This document shows, piece after piece, positions 1 through 7,854 of a stretch of 25,328 nucleotides of DNA. The notes below the pieces were generated by a model, which worked only from the letters and a program-made list of their open reading frames with translations, had not been told where the DNA came from and made no database searches. Positions within the stretch are counted from its first letter, which is position 1, and each line of letters begins with the position of its first letter. This DNA comes from Thermoplasmata archaeon (GTDB lineage Archaea > Thermoplasmatota > Penumbrarchaeia > Penumbrarchaeales > EX4484-36). Position numbers and translations under genes: made by a program. Location: the NCBI GenBank assembly GCA_021160765.1, contig JAGHBW010000223.1, positions 1 to 25,328 of the forward strand, written 5' to 3'.

Positions 1-664
1 CCCTAGATATCAACGCCACCTGGGAGGTGCCTATCTTGTTTACAAGGTCCCCGTTGGGGAATGCCGTATCCGCGCCAACGATTACCCGGTCCACTTCACC
101 CATATAATAATTACATGCCGAGTCCACAATCATTATTGTCTCAACACCGTAAGCGGATAGCTGTTTTACAGTAATCCTGCCCTGATATCTTGGGCGGGCT
201 TCAAGTGAGAAGACCTTTTCCACATAACTCCTCTCCCAACCTCTCCTTATAACCCCTATCGCTGTCTGACTATTGCAATGGGTAAGAACAGTCTGCTTCT
301 TTTTCCCCTCAAACACCCCCTCCCCATTCTTCTCTATCCTCTTTTGTGCTAGCACCACGTAGGACTTGAGAGACTCATACGCCTCCTGTAGCTTTTTGAG
401 AAGTGAGGCCCCCTCATAATCCCCTCCCATTTCAAGCATATAACGGAGAGCATTGGATAAGGATATGGCTGTTGGCCTACTATTCAGAAGAATTACTGAG
501 AAGTCCTCAAGGGTCCCCCTATTAGCCTCCTCCCCCTCCATATCCATGGCTTTAACCAAGACCTCCGCCGCGTAAAGAGCAAGGCGTGTTGCACCTCTCA
601 CCCTCATGCTCTTAATGTCCTCAGCACCTCTCCTTACCATATCTTCACTTCTTCTCCTCATCAT
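1..664 (-). CDS. Ribose-1,5-bisphosphate isomerase (eIF-2B alpha/beta/delta family, archaeal NMP degradation pathway); 3' end cut off by window edge
   Basis: Not in the ORF track; translated by hand from ATG at 664: MMRRRSEDMVRRGAEDIKSMRVRGATRLA...SRPTAISLSNAL...VLTHCNSQTA...LEARPRYQGRIT...IVDSAC...DRVIVGADT...LVNKIGTSQVAL. The RGA, RPTA, THC (catalytic Cys), RP-x-x-QG, GAD and NKIGT motifs fit R15P isomerase. SD-like GAGGATGGT lies in the 9-nt gap after the HD gene. Confidence 0.88.
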   Translation of the reverse strand, partial: MMRRRSEDMVRRGAEDIKSMRVRGATRLALYAAEVLVKAMDMEGEEANRGTLEDFSVILLNSRPTAISLSNALRYMLEMGGDYEGASLLKKLQEAYESLKSYVVLAQKRIEKNGEGVFEGKKKQTVLTHCNSQTAIGVIRRGWERSYVEKVFSLEARPRYQGRITVKQLSAYGVETIMIVDSACNYYMGEVDRVIVGADTAFPNGDLVNKIGTSQVALISR

Positions 665-673
665 ACCATCCTC

Positions 674-1960
674 TCAACCGAAGATCATGCCTTCTGCAAT
701 TTTAGCAACATCCTCTCTAATAGACCTGTCACAAGCCACCATTAAATACCAAGAGGGCGTATAGCGGTACTGAAGAGCTCTCGCGAAAGAGGATATCCGG
801 GAGAGGGGTATAGGCTTCTCATCCAGAACCTTAATGTCCGCCCTTCTCAGACGCGGTTCTGAGACCGCAGCTTCACCCATGGGCATGTCTATAAGGACAT
901 CCCCCTCCTTGCCACCAACCCTTCTTCGTATCTCCTCTTCAACTTCCCTCCTCCTATCCTCATTCTGTAGTTCCTTCAAGATTTCAAGATGGTGATCTTC
1001 AACCCTCTCGCTTCTAAGGATGTACGCACTCTTGAAAAGATCCCTCTTCATAAGCCTCTGGGCAATCTCACCGGGGTATCCCCCCACACCCTTCAGATAA
1101 CATAAAAGGTCCCCATCCACCATATCCCACACCGATCTCATTCTCTCCTCTCCCAGCCTGTCTACAGCCTCAACAAGCATTCTCTCAGCGATCCTCACGG
1201 TCTTGTGAAAGTAGACTGCATTATACATCAAGTCCCTCGCCACAAGCATCCCCTCCAAGGCAGGGATTCCTCTCCGGTGCACCATAAGCTCGTTGTGATA
1301 AAGAACCATTGTGTTCAGAAGTCTGGTTAAGTCCACCATTCCCAAAGCTACACCAGTGTAATGAGAGTCCCTCAAAAGATAGTCAAGTTGATCAGCATCT
1401 ATGGCTGAATGGATCACCTGATTTAGGTACTCTTTTCCCTTGAAAAATACCTGCCCCCCACCGTCAACGTACGCCTCAAGAGTTTCCTCACTCCTTGCCA
1501 TCCCTTTTGAGAGAACAAGGTTCTCCACATCCCCGGGGTTTATTCCCTCCTCTTCAAGAATCTCCGGTATCCGTCCTCCCCCTCTCTTTCCGGTGATAAT
1601 CTCCCCAGTTATCACCATGTGGTCCCTACCTATTCTCCTCTTCAGAAGAGCTTCAAGGGTGTGTGAAAAAGGGCCATGTCCAAGGTCATGGAGTAGACCG
1701 GCAACTTTCAATATTTTCACCTCATCTTCACTCAATGAGAGTGCACTTCCAATCCTTCCAGCCAGATAGCTAACACCCAAAGAATGCTCAAATCGTGTAT
1801 GATTCGCCCCGGGGAATACAAGGTTAGCCAGTCCCAACTGCCTTATAAAAGACAGTTTGTTCACCTCTGGGGTTGAAAGAAGTTTCAGAATGACACCCTC
1901 CACCCTTATGCCGCCATGCACTGGGTCGTTTATTATCTTATAGTCCCTCACGGTGTTCAT
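674..1960 (-). CDS. HD-domain phosphohydrolase, SAMHD1/dNTP triphosphohydrolase-like
   Basis: Motifs DPVHG, L.FI.QLGLA.LVFPGA.HTRFEHSLG, LLHDLGHGPFSH, DAD-x-LDYL-x-RD and YNAVYFHKTVR. Confidence 0.9.
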   Translation of the reverse strand: MNTVRDYKIINDPVHGGIRVEGVILKLLSTPEVNKLSFIRQLGLANLVFPGANHTRFEHSLGVSYLAGRIGSALSLSEDEVKILKVAGLLHDLGHGPFSHTLEALLKRRIGRDHMVITGEIITGKRGGGRIPEILEEEGINPGDVENLVLSKGMARSEETLEAYVDGGGQVFFKGKEYLNQVIHSAIDADQLDYLLRDSHYTGVALGMVDLTRLLNTMVLYHNELMVHRRGIPALEGMLVARDLMYNAVYFHKTVRIAERMLVEAVDRLGEERMRSVWDMVDGDLLCYLKGVGGYPGEIAQRLMKRDLFKSAYILRSERVEDHHLEILKELQNEDRRREVEEEIRRRVGGKEGDVLIDMPMGEAAVSEPRLRRADIKVLDEKPIPLSRISSFARALQYRYTPSWYLMVACDRSIREDVAKIAEGMIFG

Positions 1961-2047
1961 CGGATTCCTCTACAGATTAATTGTTTAATAAAACCTTCCT
2001 CAAAGGGAATGGGACCTTTTATATATGAGCAGAAAAATAGTCCGTTG
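1961..2047. promoter_or_regulatory. Divergent promoter region (HD gene / DUF835 gene)
   Basis: TTTTATATAT at 2017-2026 lies about 21 nt before ATG 2048, which is leaderless-type spacing. On the minus strand, TTTATTAA (about 1985-1992) and GAGGA precede ATG 1960. Confidence 0.5.
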
Positions 2048-2662
2048 ATGGCAATAATACCCCTTATCCTTGCAATATTTGCCCTTTTATTCTTCCTTTT
2101 CTTCTCAATAAGGGTTCTTCTAAAATACAGGCAGGCCAGAGAGGAGATAGACAGAATTGAGCAAAAGAAAAAGGCCATCAAATTGCCTGCCAGAGACAAA
2201 AGGCTTGAAGGGGCATTCAACATTGTGGAGTTCCCCTCAACCTCTATCCAGTTTCAATATTTTAGAGGGGAGCTTATAAAGGGCGGTCTCTACTTTACAC
2301 CGGTTCCCGGTGAGAGGCTGAGAGAACAGCTCCCCGGTGTTCCTGCCCGCGAAATACTGATAGTAAAGGACAGTCCCAGAAAATATACTAGAAAGGCCTA
2401 CAAAATTACTGACCTCTCAGGCATATTGCAGGAGGTTATGGATTACTGGGAGGAGGGGGGGAGTGGTGGGGTTGTTTTCAACTCTTTTGAAAACGTCATG
2501 GTGGAAAATGAGCCAGAAAGGATCAGGAGGTTCCTCAACCATTTAAAAGAACTTGCGGAGAGAGAGGGGAAGGTCGTTCTTATATCACTAAGTCCCAAGG
2601 CACTCCCTGCAAAATACAGACGGTTTTTAAGAGACCGCCTTGAGGTTAAAAAGATCGTGTGA
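2048..2662 (+). CDS. DUF835-family protein with N-terminal transmembrane anchor (inactive KaiC/RecA-like fold)
   Basis: Hydrophobic N-terminus MAIIPLILAIFALLFFLFFSIRVLLK. The C-terminal GVVFNSFENVMVENEPERIRRFLNHLKELAEREGKVVLISLSPKAL matches the DUF835 pattern. Start moved from 1916 (which overlaps the HD gene) to ATG 2048, downstream of a TATA box. Confidence 0.72.
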   Translation: MAIIPLILAIFALLFFLFFSIRVLLKYRQAREEIDRIEQKKKAIKLPARDKRLEGAFNIVEFPSTSIQFQYFRGELIKGGLYFTPVPGERLREQLPGVPAREILIVKDSPRKYTRKAYKITDLSGILQEVMDYWEEGGSGGVVFNSFENVMVENEPERIRRFLNHLKELAEREGKVVLISLSPKALPAKYRRFLRDRLEVKKIV

Positions 2663-2686
2663 GAAGAGACACGGTATGTCTTTCTA

Positions 2687-4366
2687 TTACTCTCTCCACA
2701 TCTCAAAAATCCTCTCCACATCCAGTCTGAAGGATACAGTTGGATATGATATTTCATATCTATGAAGGATCTCTGGATGAACCTCACCCATATCCCCCAA
2801 TATTACGTTATCTTTTGAGAGCAGTGTAGCTGCTCTACCGCGGATGTAAATTTTCTTGTCTACCCTCTCAACCTTAGTCTCTATGCTCAACACCCTCATA
2901 ATGTGCTCCACAGTACTTTTTACATCAGTAAATCCTATCCCCTTCTGAACGACCATTCCACCCAACTCCCAATGATTCACGCCCTCCTTTACCACCTCTC
3001 CTATCTCAAAAATTCTCTGGGGCAACTCTCTATGGCGGTTTAGTTTCAGAAATCCAAGCAATGAGGGATGAAGTGATGGGCGGAGCGCAGAATGTTCTTC
3101 TGAAAGTGGGTTTATCACCTCCACCCCGATCTCATTGTTCTCCTCTAAAAACTCCACATCCCCCCTATCCACCATTGTCAGGGTCTTAACCTCCTGATAT
3201 CCCAAGCCTATCATGGCCTCTCTTAATAGGTTTATGAGGTGCATAACTCCCCTTCCCTCTCCTATGGAGGGTGTGTGAGGCAGAACCCCCGAAAAATTAT
3301 CGTAACCAAATCCTATAGCAAGATCCTCATATATGTCAACGGGATGCAGGATGTCCACACGCATGGGTGGAATTTTCACTATAAGTTCACCCTCCTCAAC
3401 TTTTACTGTGTATCCCATCCTCCGCAATGCCTCCTCAAACCCATCCTCCTTTTCCACCCCTAAAAGTGTCTTTGCATCCGCCACTGGGACCTTCATCTCC
3501 TCCCATTGAAAGGGAGGAGACACGATTTTTTCAGTCGCCCCCGGGGGCGGAGGAGAGGGATAAACAATCTCAACACTTTTTGCCTTACCTCCGAGATCGA
3601 TTAACTGGGCGGTTATTATTTTCAGTGCCTCTTCAACAGCTCTCAAAGACGTCCCTGTACAATCAACGAATATGTCCGTTGTCTCCTCAGTCACCCTTGT
3701 TAATTCACCATTTATAATGGGGGGGAAGGACAATACGTTGTTTTTCTTGTCAATGATTATAGGGTAGAGTGAGAATCCCTCCAGAGTATGTGCATATTCA
3801 ACCCCTTTCTCATGCTCCATTAATATCTCCCGCAGGGTCATCTCTCTGCTCCCTTGAAGGGGTAAAAATTCTATTTCATCTGGTTTAACTGCTAGGTATC
3901 TAAAGGGGGGCTGTATTGGAGCAAAGTCATGAACCCCTATTGCCATCTTTTTCCTTCCCCTGCCCAGGGTTAAATGAAGTTTCTCCTGCAGGTTCATGAG
4001 GGAGAGGAGAGAGTCTTCATCTATCTGCACACCCTCCACTAAAACCCCCCCAATATAGGGCCTAACGGAGAGCACATTTTTCTCCACAACAACTCTAACC
4101 CCTGATTTATCCACCAACCGATAGATGTCTGGAGAGAACGGTTCGGATGTGACGAAACTTCTATATGCCCTAGCCACACCCTCAGCTGAATAAAGATCTG
4201 GCCTATTTGGGAAGAACTCAAAAGAGATGCTCTCCTCATCCTCTCTTTCATAAGAGGCCCCCATCATGGGTACACTCCTTCTAATCTCCTCCCAGTTGAG
4301 TTTATTGGGGGGAAGGCCCTGAAGCAACCTCTTAAGATACTCCTTATTTAAATCTATTACTGGCAA
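2687..4366 (-). CDS. pheT: Phenylalanine--tRNA ligase beta subunit, archaeal type
   Basis: TTG start with GGAGG upstream. Motifs MPVI, FFPNRPDLYSAEGVARA, LQEKLH...GR.RKK.AIGVHD, LSFPPIING, P..R.DILH..D..ED.AIG.GY, NP.SE....LRPSL..SLL and IFEIGEV. Confidence 0.97.
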   Translation of the reverse strand: MPVIDLNKEYLKRLLQGLPPNKLNWEEIRRSVPMMGASYEREDEESISFEFFPNRPDLYSAEGVARAYRSFVTSEPFSPDIYRLVDKSGVRVVVEKNVLSVRPYIGGVLVEGVQIDEDSLLSLMNLQEKLHLTLGRGRKKMAIGVHDFAPIQPPFRYLAVKPDEIEFLPLQGSREMTLREILMEHEKGVEYAHTLEGFSLYPIIIDKKNNVLSFPPIINGELTRVTEETTDIFVDCTGTSLRAVEEALKIITAQLIDLGGKAKSVEIVYPSPPPPGATEKIVSPPFQWEEMKVPVADAKTLLGVEKEDGFEEALRRMGYTVKVEEGELIVKIPPMRVDILHPVDIYEDLAIGFGYDNFSGVLPHTPSIGEGRGVMHLINLLREAMIGLGYQEVKTLTMVDRGDVEFLEENNEIGVEVINPLSEEHSALRPSLHPSLLGFLKLNRHRELPQRIFEIGEVVKEGVNHWELGGMVVQKGIGFTDVKSTVEHIMRVLSIETKVERVDKKIYIRGRAATLLSKDNVILGDMGEVHPEILHRYEISYPTVSFRLDVERIFEMWRE

Positions 4367-4463
4367 GGCACTGCCTCCGGTTTGTGTTCATTGATTGTCA
4401 ATGTCATATAAAAAACTATATTTATGGAAGACATCTCCTCCCCTCAGACATCGGTGGGAGAAA
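4367..4463. promoter_or_regulatory. Divergent pheT/lonB promoter with a perfect 6-3-6 inverted repeat
   Basis: AT-rich TATAAAAA (4407-4414) and TATATTTA (4417-4424); CATTGA-ttg-TCAATG at 4389-4403; SD-like GGAGG before pheT and GGTGGGAG before lonB ATG 4464. Confidence 0.55.
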
Positions 4464-6443
4464 ATGGACAAAATTGAGTCGGTGAAAAGCCTGAGCCAAT
4501 GGCTGAAGTCCAAAGGCATCAGGTCCACAAAAGACATCAAAGTACCGGAAAAGCTCGTTGACCAGGTGATAGGCCAGGATGAGGCGGTTAAGGTCGTGAA
4601 GAAGGCTGCGAAGCAAAAACGTCACGTTCTTTTAATCGGTGACCCGGGTACAGGAAAATCAATGTTAGCTAAAGCCATGGCAGAGCTTTTACCCGATGAG
4701 GACCTGGAGGACATATTGGTCTACCCCAATCACGATGATCCCAATCAGCCAAAAATAAGGGTGGTTCCCGCTGGGAAGGGGAAGGAAATCATTAAAGCTA
4801 AGAAGGATGAACTTAAAGAACTCAGGGAGAAAGAGAGTTGGTTTAAAAGGATGGTTGTAATGATAATTCTCTTTCTCTCCTTCCTAACCGTTATCTATAC
4901 AAAGAGCATGCAATATCTCTTCTGGGGTATTCTCCTCTCCCTTGCGTTCATGATATTTTTCCGCTTTTTCTCTTATTCTGATAAATTTGAAAAAGAGATC
5001 CCAAAACTGCTTGTCACTCACAAAAAAGGAGACAAACCACCCTTTATAGATGCTACTGGGGCTATCTCAGGAGCGCTTTTGGGTGATGTACGACATGATC
5101 CCTATCAATCTGGAGATATGGTCACACCTGCTCACGAAAGGGTGGAGCCGGGAGCCATTCATAGAGCACATAAGGGGGTCCTCTTCATAGATGAAATCAG
5201 TATTCTGGGTCTGGAATCTCAGCAAAGCCTCCTTACAGCAATGCAGGAGAAGAAATACTCCATTACAGGCCAGAGTGAACGCAGTGCGGGTTCCATGGTA
5301 AAGACGGAGGCAGTACCCTGCGATTTCATCCTCGTAGCCGCCGGAAATCTTGATTCCGTTGAGAGAATGCATCCTGCCCTGCGATCCAGGATAAGAGGGT
5401 ATGGATATGAGGTTTACATGAATACCCTCATGGACGACACTGAGGAAAACCGGATGAAACTCGTAAGATTCGTAGCCCAAGAAGTAAAAAAGGACGGAAA
5501 AATACCCCACTTCCGATATGATGCCATTGCTGAAATCATAAGAGAAGCCCAGAGGAGATCGGGAAGCCGGGGTAAACTCTCCCTCCGTTTAAGAGAGCTC
5601 GGTGGACTTGTTAGAGCTGCGGGAGATGTGGCGAGAGAGAAAGGGAAGAAGCTGGTGACACGAAAAGACGTTATTGAGGCAAAGGTTTTCGCCAAACCCC
5701 TAGAGCAACAGGTAGCTGAAAGAATGGTGAGAAAGAAATGGGAGTATAACGACATAATAAACAGTGGAAGTATTGTAGGGGCCGTCAATGGGCTCGCCAT
5801 ACTCGGCGCGGATACTGGGATGTCAGAATATGCCGGTTTGGTACTCCGTGTTGTGGCTGAGATTACACCTGCCCAATCAAGAAATGAAGGCAAGATCATA
5901 GCCACCGGAAAATTAGGTGAGATAGCAAAAGAGGCTGTCCAGAACGTGTCAGCATTGATAAAAAAGATCTCCGGCGAAGACATAAAAAATTACGATATTC
6001 ACATTCAGTTCATTGGTACCTACGAGGGGGTGGAGGGGGATTCTGCCTCAATATCCATTGCAACCGCCGTCATCTCCGCACTTGAAGGGATTGGTGTTGA
6101 CATGTCAGTTGCCATGACAGGTTCCCTCTCTGTAAGAGGGGAGGTACTCCCTGTGGGTGGCATTACCCCAAAAATAGAGGCGGCCATAGCTGCAGGAATA
6201 CAAAAGGTCATTATACCAGCTGGGAACATGAAGGACGTTTTGCTGGATGAGGAGAGCGAGAAGAAGATTGAGGTAGTTCCCGTAAGAAACCTAAAAGAGG
6301 TCCTTGAGGTTGCTCTCACTTCCACTTCAAAAAAGAAGAAAGCATTCATAAGGAGACTCGCAGACATATTCAATGAGGAGATTGAAAGCGATATGAAAAG
6401 ATTCCCCGACCTTCTAGACACACCACAGCCGCACCCGGCTTAA
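4464..6443 (+). CDS. lonB: Archaeal membrane-bound ATP-dependent Lon protease (LonB)
   Basis: [10 protein letters not shown]; Walker A GDPGTGKS; two TM segments inserted in the AAA+ module; Walker B LFIDEI; [11 protein letters not shown]; catalytic Ser in EGDSAS and Lys in [10 protein letters not shown]. Start reassigned to ATG 4464 (MDKIES), which follows an SD-like GGTGGGAG; the track start at 4395 lies in the promoter. Confidence 0.96.
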   Translation: MDKIESVKSLSQWLKSKGIRSTKDIKVPEKLVDQVIGQDEAVKVVKKAAKQKRHVLLIGDPGTGKSMLAKAMAELLPDEDLEDILVYPNHDDPNQPKIRVVPAGKGKEIIKAKKDELKELREKESWFKRMVVMIILFLSFLTVIYTKSMQYLFWGILLSLAFMIFFRFFSYSDKFEKEIPKLLVTHKKGDKPPFIDATGAISGALLGDVRHDPYQSGDMVTPAHERVEPGAIHRAHKGVLFIDEISILGLESQQSLLTAMQEKKYSITGQSERSAGSMVKTEAVPCDFILVAAGNLDSVERMHPALRSRIRGYGYEVYMNTLMDDTEENRMKLVRFVAQEVKKDGKIPHFRYDAIAEIIREAQRRSGSRGKLSLRLRELGGLVRAAGDVAREKGKKLVTRKDVIEAKVFAKPLEQQVAERMVRKKWEYNDIINSGSIVGAVNGLAILGADTGMSEYAGLVLRVVAEITPAQSRNEGKIIATGKLGEIAKEAVQNVSALIKKISGEDIKNYDIHIQFIGTYEGVEGDSASISIATAVISALEGIGVDMSVAMTGSLSVRGEVLPVGGITPKIEAAIAAGIQKVIIPAGNMKDVLLDEESEKKIEVVPVRNLKEVLEVALTSTSKKKKAFIRRLADIFNEEIESDMKRFPDLLDTPQPHPA

Positions 6444-6499
6444 TAAAAATGAGGCAACCTTTAGCGGACCAAAAACTTATAACAACGCACCCACATCCC

Positions 6500-6507
6500 T
6501 TTTTTTT
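6500..6507 (+). terminator. Oligo-T (T8) archaeal terminator candidate after lonB
   Basis: Run of 8 T starting 56 nt after the lonB stop codon. Confidence 0.5.
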
Positions 6508-6657
6508 AAAACTGGCTTTATAAATGAAAGCAAAAGTCTTAAATAGGGACCAGGACAATATACATTATTGGAGTGGAAGGGAAAATCTCCCTCCACTGGA
6601 GATAAGGAATATATAGGCGGAAATGATAAGGAGGAATAACCTCAAGAGGTGAACTGT

Positions 6658-7593
6658 ATGGGAAGACGCGCGAGAAGTTTGAAGATGTTTTTGGGGCTTC
6701 TGATAATATTCTCCAGTATAGGTCTCCTCCTCCCCTCTGAGACCAAAGAGAAGGAGGCCTCTGCCGTTCTTGCACCGGCAGTTACCATATCATTGGATGA
6801 TCCTTCTAGAGAGGCAGAGGTCGCCCCAGGACAGTCAGGAATTGTGGTATTCCATGGGAGAGTGACGTGCCAAGCAAGCTGGCAGCCCAATGTTCAAAAG
6901 TGTATTGTCACCCTTCAAGGTTCTGCAGGGGGCTGGCCAGTGACATTATCCCCCTCCACACTCATCTTTATGAAGCAGGACAGGCAGGCAAAAACCTTCC
7001 AGGCCACTGTAAAGGTGCCCCCTGAGACACCCTACGGACAGGATGGGCAGCTAACAATATCTGGACGCTGGAGATATATCCCCGGGGCGCTCGCGGGCCC
7101 TGTTGACCCGGTTCAGGGGACCATTGTGATAAAACAGTTCTACCGATTTACTCTCTCTGTGAAGAAACCTTATGTGCAGGTTAAGCCCGGCTCTACATTG
7201 AACTTTGACATAAAGATCAAAAACGACGGCAACGGACCAGACGTAATGACCCTGAAAATACTTAACTATCAAGACCTCACAAAGAAGGAGTGGGTAGTCC
7301 AGATGGGCAATCCTAGGATAAGGGTTCAGTCAAACCAGGAAGAGGTAGTCACCATTTCCATAGCCACGGAGCAGAGATGGGATATTTGGGTGAACGATGT
7401 TACAACAATAAAAGTAGAACTTATTTCGGTCCAGGCTCAAGAACAGGGTGCATTGGCGTTACCTCTCGAATACGCCCTTTTCGTCAGGGAGAGGGGAGTG
7501 GCAACTCCCGGTTTTGATCCAATGTTCTTTATATTCATACTGGGCACACTGGCCATACTTCTGGTGAACCGGGAGAGAAAACGAGGAGGTTAG
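6658..7593 (+). CDS. Secreted Ig-like surface protein (resembles the choice-of-anchor T family) with C-terminal PGF-CTERM sorting signal
   Basis: GAGGTGA SD before ATG 6658. Signal peptide MGRRARSLKMFLGLLIIFSSIGLLLP, two beta-sandwich-like segments, and C-terminus TPGFDPMFFIFILGTLAILLVNRERKRGG (PGF + TM helix + basic cluster). The family name is from recollection and was not searched. Confidence 0.7.
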   Translation: MGRRARSLKMFLGLLIIFSSIGLLLPSETKEKEASAVLAPAVTISLDDPSREAEVAPGQSGIVVFHGRVTCQASWQPNVQKCIVTLQGSAGGWPVTLSPSTLIFMKQDRQAKTFQATVKVPPETPYGQDGQLTISGRWRYIPGALAGPVDPVQGTIVIKQFYRFTLSVKKPYVQVKPGSTLNFDIKIKNDGNGPDVMTLKILNYQDLTKKEWVVQMGNPRIRVQSNQEEVVTISIATEQRWDIWVNDVTTIKVELISVQAQEQGALALPLEYALFVRERGVATPGFDPMFFIFILGTLAILLVNRERKRGG

Positions 7594-7603
7594 ATTCCAT
7601 ATG

Positions 7604-7653
7604 GAACGGTTGTGGTAAGCAACCGTTCTTTTTTAATCTTTTTTTCTTTTTTT
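7604..7653 (+). terminator. Stem-loop followed by three T-tracts
   Basis: GAACGGTTG (7604-7612), a 7-nt loop, then CAACCGTTC (7620-7628) form a perfect 9-bp stem. T6, T7 and T7 runs follow at 7629-7653, just after the TAG at 7593. Confidence 0.72.
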
Positions 7654-7764
7654 ATAATATTCTAGCCCCCCTATCTTTATTTATCAACATAGTCATTTGT
7701 ACTTTTGCAGGATAAGTTTTCCTTTTTTAAAGAAATATCTTCTCGTAAGGGGGGCAATCGGAAA

Positions 7765-7854
7765 TATATAAATATGAAAACCCCATTGCACTTCTCTGCA
7801 TTCACTGTGCATTAGTGCCAGAGTTAAAAAGAGTTTTCAACGGAGGAAATAGGG
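7765..7854 (+). promoter_or_regulatory. TATA box and SD for the PKD/CARDB gene
   Basis: TATATAAA at 7765-7772 preceded by purine-rich GGAAA; GGAGG at 7842-7846 before ATG 7855. Confidence 0.5.

Noticed and set aside
665-676. The HD gene TGA is followed in frame by the R15P isomerase start, suggesting a read-through fusion or TGA=Trp recoding (code 4/25)
   Set aside because: In-frame spacing has a 1-in-3 chance, and the gap holds an SD-like motif. TGG encodes Trp throughout, and TGA ends several genes at their expected C-termini. Only one internal TGA occurs in more than 20 kb of coding sequence.
1916-2047. Track's extended N-terminus of the DUF835 ORF
   Set aside because: It overlaps the divergent HD gene start and its promoter. 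The TATA spacing and the TM helix point to ATG 2048.
4395-4463. Track's extended N-terminus of LonB
   Set aside because: It starts within the promoter palindrome. The SD-like motif supports ATG 4464.
7788-7818. Possible 5' UTR hairpin with repeated TGCA (GCACT...AGTGC)
   Set aside because: Only 5+4 bp interrupted by an internal loop, which is within chance expectation, and I recognise no known RNA family.
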